This document shows, piece after piece, positions 6,992 to 11,497 of a DNA stretch of 11,497 bases. Every line of letters starts with the position of its first letter. Positions within the stretch are counted from its first letter, which is position 1. The notes beneath the pieces were generated by a model. It was not told where the DNA came from, made no database searches, and saw nothing but the letters and a program-made list of their open reading frames with translations. The translations under genes were made by a program, and so were the position numbers. Source of the stretch: Candidatus Rifleibacteriota bacterium (GTDB taxonomy: Bacteria; Muiribacteriota; Ozemobacteria; Ozemobacterales; Ozemobacteraceae); assembly GCA_051747585.1 (NCBI GenBank), contig JBNJGH010000104.1, positions 1 through 11,497 of the forward strand, written 5' to 3'.

Positions 6992-7651
6992 CTAGGCTTT
7001 TTCGATTTGTTGGGCCAGATAATGAAGCATTATTATTACCTTCTTGTAATAACCAATCTCGAAATTGAAATCCTTTCGTTCAAATTCGATTTTATCGGGT
7101 TTAACAATGAGGGTAAAATACTGATAAACGCCCTGCATTGACATAAATCCGGTGGGCGGAGACTTGAGTTCGAGCATGAGCTGTCTGATTTCAGGAATTA
7201 AAATTCGTTTAACCTCATTGGAAGAAATACCATGAACATAAAAAGCCTCATCAAATGGTTTGTCGCCAAGCTTTAAATCTCTAAGGCCTTTGGATCGCAA
7301 TTTCTTGCGGTTGGCCTGGCGATACATGTCATTTACTTTTTTAAAACTACTGGATTCTATTTCCAGCTCGGGTTCAAGTCTGAAAAGAATACTGGTTTGC
7401 TTTTTGGGATAAACAACAATTTGAATATCAGTGCGATAACGCCGATCTCGGCGCATTGTCTTTACTATAAAACTGATTTTTCGCCCATCGATTTCACTTT
7501 TAAACCTTGGGTTCTCCAGATCATCATCAATTAACTTTAATTTTAAATGCCGGGCAAATTTTTTAGCTTTATTAGATCTGTTGTAGCGCCATGAAAGAAC
7601 CAACAACAGGGGTAAGACAAGAACAGCAATTAAAAACAAAATTCCTTCCAT
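6992..7651 (-). CDS. Hypothetical membrane-anchored protein (219 aa)
   Basis: One N-terminal hydrophobic helix (ILFLIAVLVLPLLLVLSW) followed by a basic soluble domain containing GDKPFDEAFYVHG. Confidence 0.75.
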   Translation of the reverse strand: MEGILFLIAVLVLPLLLVLSWRYNRSNKAKKFARHLKLKLIDDDLENPRFKSEIDGRKISFIVKTMRRDRRYRTDIQIVVYPKKQTSILFRLEPELEIESSSFKKVNDMYRQANRKKLRSKGLRDLKLGDKPFDEAFYVHGISSNEVKRILIPEIRQLMLELKSPPTGFMSMQGVYQYFTLIVKPDKIEFERKDFNFEIGYYKKVIIMLHYLAQQIEKA

Positions 7652-7721
7652 ATTTTAAATATAATGAATTAATAAGGCAGAAGCAATCATGAAATATTTA
7701 TTCGATTATTTAAAATAAATT

Positions 7722-9089
7722 TCAATAAATAAATCCCAGATAAAGATCATTCACATTCGAACCGGTATATCCGGTAAAAATCAAATCACCGATTTGCTCG
7801 AAAAAGTGGTATGAATCATTATTCACCCGGAAATTTGCAGGTTGCAGTCCCTTCATCATAGAATGAACAAAAGTTTCGCCATCAACAATGGCACCTGCGG
7901 AATCGGTCGGGCCATCAATTCCATCGGTAGCGAAATAACACAAGATTATTCCATCGCTGTTTTTTAAGGCCTCTACTGAGGCCAGAGCCATTTCCTGGAC
8001 CCGGCCGCCAAGCCCTTTTCCTTCAACTTTAACATTGGCTTCACCGCCTGATATAATTGCAACAGGAATCGACCGGTTCGACATGCCTTGTTTTAATTTC
8101 AATGCAGCATTAGAAAATTCTTCTGCTGCTTTTTCGGCATTGATTTTTGCAAACTGCTTTAGTTTTACAACTTCGATCTTATTGCGGGCAAAAAAGTCAG
8201 CTGCCGCATCAATTGCTGAATGGTTATTCCCAAGAACAAAATTAAATGCTTTATTGAAACAGAAAGCATTAGCCTCAGGTGTCTCCTGTCTTTGGCCATC
8301 GGCACCTTCTGCTAATATTTCATTTATTTCTCCTGGTATTTGTTCAGCCAAATTGTGCTTTTTAAGAACCCCTATTGCATCCGCATAAGTTGAGGGATCT
8401 GGAACAGTGGGTCCCGAGGCAATGCAATCAAGCGGGTCGCCGATTACATCAGATAAAATTAGATTAACCAGAGTTGCAGGGTAAGCAGCCTTTGCCAGTT
8501 GCCCACCTTTTATTGCCGAAATATGTTTTCTTACGCTGTTGATTTCTGTAATATCAGCACCGGACTCAAGAAGTAATCTGGTAGTTTCGATTTTTTGTTC
8601 CAGGGAAATGCCATTGGCCGGAAGTGGCAGCAAACTTGAGCCTCCGCCGGATATCAAAGAAATAATCAGATCATTTTCGCCGGCATTTTTTGCCAGTTGC
8701 AAAATAGCTTTGGCTCCCGCCTGACCATGAATATCAGGAGTTGGATGAGCTGCCGGGTTAAGATGTATATTACCTGTTCTATCTTTATCGCCCGGATAAT
8801 TAACAACCCCATTTTTTATTCTATTTGCCAGAATATCAGTTAGAGCTTTTGCCATGGTTTTACCGGCCTTGCCGGCGCCGATAACATATATTGACTCAAA
8901 ATTATCAAGATTAAAAATTCGGTTTTGAATTAAAAGCTCATTATCTTTTAATTTCACCTGTCTCTTAATCAATTGCGCGGGATCAATTTCAGATATGACA
9001 GTTTGGCATGCTTTGAGCAGCAATTCTCTGGCCTCGCGGTTTTTTTGTCCGCAGCCATTTCTAATTATTTTAGCAAAGTTTTTAATCAC
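7722..9089 (-). CDS. Glycerate 2-kinase (GckA/TtuD type; DUF4147 + MOFRL domains)
   Basis: VIGAGKA, AAHPTPD, LISGGGSSL, VRKHISAIKGG, SDVIGD...IASGPT, SGGE, GGRVQE, TDGIDGPTDSAGA, TGSNVND; GTG start. Confidence 0.93.
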   Translation of the reverse strand: MIKNFAKIIRNGCGQKNREARELLLKACQTVISEIDPAQLIKRQVKLKDNELLIQNRIFNLDNFESIYVIGAGKAGKTMAKALTDILANRIKNGVVNYPGDKDRTGNIHLNPAAHPTPDIHGQAGAKAILQLAKNAGENDLIISLISGGGSSLLPLPANGISLEQKIETTRLLLESGADITEINSVRKHISAIKGGQLAKAAYPATLVNLILSDVIGDPLDCIASGPTVPDPSTYADAIGVLKKHNLAEQIPGEINEILAEGADGQRQETPEANAFCFNKAFNFVLGNNHSAIDAAADFFARNKIEVVKLKQFAKINAEKAAEEFSNAALKLKQGMSNRSIPVAIISGGEANVKVEGKGLGGRVQEMALASVEALKNSDGIILCYFATDGIDGPTDSAGAIVDGETFVHSMMKGLQPANFRVNNDSYHFFEQIGDLIFTGYTGSNVNDLYLGFIY

Positions 9090-9137
9090 AGCTGAGCAAC
9101 CTGTCTGTTAAATCAATGTGGTTTTGGATATTATACC

Positions 9138-9163
9138 GGTCATTTCGACTCCGCTCAATGACC
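9138..9163. repeat. Uninterrupted (empty) family 1 REP-like palindrome
   Basis: ggtcat-ttcgactccgctca-atgacc, 26 bp. Confidence 0.9.
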
Positions 9164-9183
9164 ATAAAATTTGTTTATTATAC

Positions 9184-9233
9184 CGTCATTAAGATGCTTC
9201 GGCAACGCTCAGCACGAGCTTAGCTCAATGACC
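9184..9233. repeat. Degenerate family 1 host interrupted by a 24-bp module at 9196..9219
   Basis: cgtcat-taagat-[gcttcggcaacgctcagcacgagc]-ttagctca-atgacc; same total length (50 bp) and insertion register as 4931..4980. Confidence 0.8.
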
Positions 9234-9246
9234 AAAAGAAGAATTG

Positions 9247-9456
9247 CACCACGGAGGCCTCAGAGAGCACGGAGCTGATTTTCAATCTTTTTCAGCCAGG
9301 GATTGTCCGAGGGACAATCCGCCGGCGGTTTCACCGCCCGGCTTTTCCATTAACAGCAGAACTTCAGAAAAACACCAGTGTTTTTCTGAAGTTCTGCTGT
9401 TAATGGAAACAAAGGCTGAAAAAGACTCTCTGTGTAACTCTGTGATCTCTGTGGTT
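9247..9456. repeat. Composite palindromic element bounded by inverted triple heptamers (CACRGAG x3 ... CTCTGTG x3), MITE/REPIN-like
   Basis: Left heptamers at 9250, 9259 and 9268; right heptamers at 9428, 9438 and 9447. Perfect 12-bp stem 9286-9297/9414-9425 enclosing hairpins at 9300-9320, 9321-9342 and 9344-9409. Confidence 0.8.
9344..9409. repeat. Perfect inverted repeat with 32-bp arms and a 2-nt spacer
   Basis: tttccattaacagcagaacttcagaaaaacac-ca-gtgtttttctgaagttctgctgttaatggaaa, checked base by base. Confidence 0.97.
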
Positions 9457-9565
9457 AATTTTTCTTGTCTTTGTGGTTTTGTGTGGGGCTTCTTATTATT
9501 TAGAAATCACTGATGGTGATTGCATAGGCATGGCCGGACAAACGGAATTTTTTTTAAGTTAGAAA

Positions 9566-9594
9566 TTGCATAAGGTATGATTAAGTGATAAAGT
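9566..9594 (+). promoter_or_regulatory. Candidate sigma70-type promoter for pruA
   Basis: TTGCAT (9566-9571), 17-nt spacer, TAAAGT (9589-9594) with extended -10 TG at 9586-9587; about 90 nt upstream of the ATG, which is preceded by AAAGGA. Confidence 0.5.
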
Positions 9595-9685
9595 TTTTAC
9601 AACAAACATTCAGCTGTAATTTTTTAACAGTTGTATTTATTATTAGATAAAATAAAAGGCAGACAATTTTGAAAGGAATGAAGTA

Positions 9686-11335
9686 ATGACCGTAAACAGT
9701 TTACACGTTAGTATTCCCTTACCTGCTAATGAGCCCTTGAACAGTTATGCTCCAGGCACTGAACCCAGAGCGTTGCTGAAGGCCGAATTAAAAAAACAAT
9801 CAGAGCAAACTATCGAAATTCCTTTGCTTCTTAACGGCAAAGAAGTTAAGACCGGAAAATTTGCTGAAATAAGAGCGCCACATAATCACGATTTGCTGCT
9901 GGCAAAATATCATCTGCCAGGGCCAGAAGAAGTGAAAATGGCAATTGATGGTTGTCTTGAAGCTTCCCGACAATGGCGTGACACTCCCTGGGAAGAAAGA
10001 GCTGCAATATTTCAAAGAGCTTCCGAGCTTCTTGCGGGCAAATATCGCATGAAAGTCAATGCTGCAACCATGCTTGGTCAGAGCAAAACAGCTCACCAGG
10101 CCGAAATAGATTCTGCTGCCGAGCTTATAGATTTTTTAAGATTCAATGTATACTACTGGGATAAAATTTATCGCGAACAGCCACCTCATTGCAGAACCGC
10201 AGATGCTTTCAACCGACTTGAATACAGACCTCTGGAAGGTTTTATTTTTGCAATTACGCCATTTAACTTTACTGCAATTGGCGGGAACCTACCTACTTCA
10301 CCGGCAATGGGCGGTAACGTAGCAATATGGAAACCTGCAAGCACTGCTGTTTTAAGTAATTATTATTTTATGCAGGTATTGATTGAAGCCGGTCTGCCAA
10401 AAGGGGTAATAAACTTTCTGCCCGGAAAAGGTTCAGTTATCGGGAATCCGATTTTTGATCACCCGGATTTTGCAGGACTGCATTTCACCGGATCAACCGG
10501 AACTTTCAACGGAATGTGGAAACGCATGGCCGAAAATCTCGAAAAAGGCCTTTACAAGAACTACCCAAGAATAGTTGGCGAAACCGGCGGCAAAAACTTT
10601 GTTCTAGCCTGTCCCGATGCAGAACTGGATGCTCTGGCTACTGCGCTTGTCAGAGGAGCATTCGAATACCAGGGTCAGAAGTGCTCTGCAGTAAGCCGCG
10701 CTTATATTCCTGCTTCGCTTTGGCCACAGGTTAAAGACAAAATGGGCGAAATGCTAAAGAAAATCAAAGTTGGCGAAGTAACAGATTTTACCAACTTTCT
10801 TGGAGCAGTTATCGATAAAAGCTCTTATGAAAATATAGTAAGCTATATTGAACATGCAAAAAGTGCTTCAGATGCCGAAATTCTTTTTGGTGGCACCTAT
10901 GATGACAGCAAAGGCTGGTTTATAGATCCGACAGTTGTAAAAACCACCAATCCACAATTTAAATTGATGCAGGAAGAAATTTTCGGCCCTGTCTTGACTG
11001 TTTATGTTTATGACGACGACAAACTCGACAGCATAGTTGACACAGTTGACCAGACGAGCCCTTACGGACTTACCGGTGGTCTGTTCACCAGAAACAGAGA
11101 AAACATAGTCAACATTACCAGGCGCTTGAGATATGCTGCCGGGAACTATTATATCAATGACAAACCGACTGGTGCGGTTGTCGGCCAACAGCCATTTGGC
11201 GGTGGTCGTGGAAGTGGAACCAATGATAAGGCAGGTAGTCTGCTGAATCTTCTTCGCTGGGTTTCTCCGAGAAATATCAAAGAACAACTGGTATCGCCAG
11301 AAAACTTTGATTATCCCTTTATGCAGGAACCCTGA
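9686..11335 (+). CDS. pruA: L-glutamate gamma-semialdehyde dehydrogenase (1-pyrroline-5-carboxylate dehydrogenase, ALDH4 type)
   Basis: PANEP start, ATMLGQSK, ELIDFLRFN, RPLEGF...TPFNFTAI, HFTGST, catalytic ETGGKN and FEYQGQKCSA, EEIFGP, NDKPTGAVVGQQPFGG...SGTNDKAG. Confidence 0.96.
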   Translation: MTVNSLHVSIPLPANEPLNSYAPGTEPRALLKAELKKQSEQTIEIPLLLNGKEVKTGKFAEIRAPHNHDLLLAKYHLPGPEEVKMAIDGCLEASRQWRDTPWEERAAIFQRASELLAGKYRMKVNAATMLGQSKTAHQAEIDSAAELIDFLRFNVYYWDKIYREQPPHCRTADAFNRLEYRPLEGFIFAITPFNFTAIGGNLPTSPAMGGNVAIWKPASTAVLSNYYFMQVLIEAGLPKGVINFLPGKGSVIGNPIFDHPDFAGLHFTGSTGTFNGMWKRMAENLEKGLYKNYPRIVGETGGKNFVLACPDAELDALATALVRGAFEYQGQKCSAVSRAYIPASLWPQVKDKMGEMLKKIKVGEVTDFTNFLGAVIDKSSYENIVSYIEHAKSASDAEILFGGTYDDSKGWFIDPTVVKTTNPQFKLMQEEIFGPVLTVYVYDDDKLDSIVDTVDQTSPYGLTGGLFTRNRENIVNITRRLRYAAGNYYINDKPTGAVVGQQPFGGGRGSGTNDKAGSLLNLLRWVSPRNIKEQLVSPENFDYPFMQEP

Positions 11336-11370
11336 TATATCAATGGTTTGAAGAAAAATTACTTAGCTTT

Positions 11371-11401
11371 AAGCTCTCTGGGCAACCAGAGAGCTTTTTT
11401 T
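11371..11401 (+). terminator. Rho-independent terminator of pruA
   Basis: aagctctctgg-gcaa-ccagagagctt perfect 11-bp stem with a GNRA loop, running into a T-tract, 35 nt after the stop codon. Confidence 0.9.
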
Positions 11402-11480
11402 CAGGAATTCTCGGTCAACTATTATTAGCTGGTTACAAAAAGTTCTGGTTTTATTTATTTAGGGCAAATAAAGAATTTAA

Positions 11481-11497
11481 ACCACTGAGGACGCCGA
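11481..11497. repeat. Probable left end of another heptamer-type element, cut by the window edge
   Basis: aagaatt-taa-accactgag-ga-cgccga matches aagaatt-gc-accacggag-gc-ctcaga at 9239..9264 in motif and spacing. Confidence 0.45.

Noticed and set aside
4317..8724. Short plus-strand ORFs at 4317, 4723, 5911, 6259, 6692, 8035 and 8539
   Set aside because: Antisense shadows of supported minus-strand genes, with no recognisable motifs.
4931..9233. Recurrent 24-26 bp repeats as a CRISPR array
   Set aside because: Copies are dispersed, nested and in both orientations, with no regular unique spacers and no cas genes.
9286..9425. tRNA-like cloverleaf
   Set aside because: The junction has three inner hairpins, but stem and loop sizes (3-nt loops, a 32-bp arm) and the lack of a T-loop or CCA are incompatible with tRNA.
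9244..9513. 89-aa plus-strand ORF
   Set aside because: It has a non-ATG start, lies over the palindromic composite element and has no protein-like motif; probably a chance open frame.
9800..11287. ORFs 9800-10096, 10516-10734 and 10868-11287
   Set aside because: They overlap pruA antisense or out of frame, with no independent evidence.
9686..11335. Bifunctional PutA
   Set aside because: Only 549 aa with no proline dehydrogenase domain; it is the monofunctional P5C dehydrogenase.

Overview
AT-rich bacterial chromosomal window. A run of minus-strand genes (a fragment running off the left edge, a small hypothetical, a ~1137-aa MazG-like/PLD/SF2-helicase/S24 fusion resembling SauUSI-type restriction enzymes, a DUF3592-like membrane protein, a permuted NlpC/P60 enzyme, a secreted ankyrin-repeat protein, a membrane-anchored hypothetical and a glycerate 2-kinase) diverges from a plus-strand P5C dehydrogenase (pruA) that has a clear terminator. 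Two things stand out. (1) The fused candidate anti-phage enzyme joins a nucleotide pyrophosphatase, a nuclease-helicase and a LexA-like autopeptidase in one chain. (2) The intergenic regions hold a 'Russian-doll' set of short palindromic repeats: a 24-25 bp module is inserted at the same position inside other REP-like elements four times, with two empty hosts also present, and the repeats share a GNA-triloop/tandem-GA ssDNA hairpin design. There is also a 210-bp multi-stem composite element containing a 32-bp-arm perfect inverted repeat. No transposase, CRISPR array, tRNA or rRNA is visible. All family assignments come from motif recognition by eye, not database searches.
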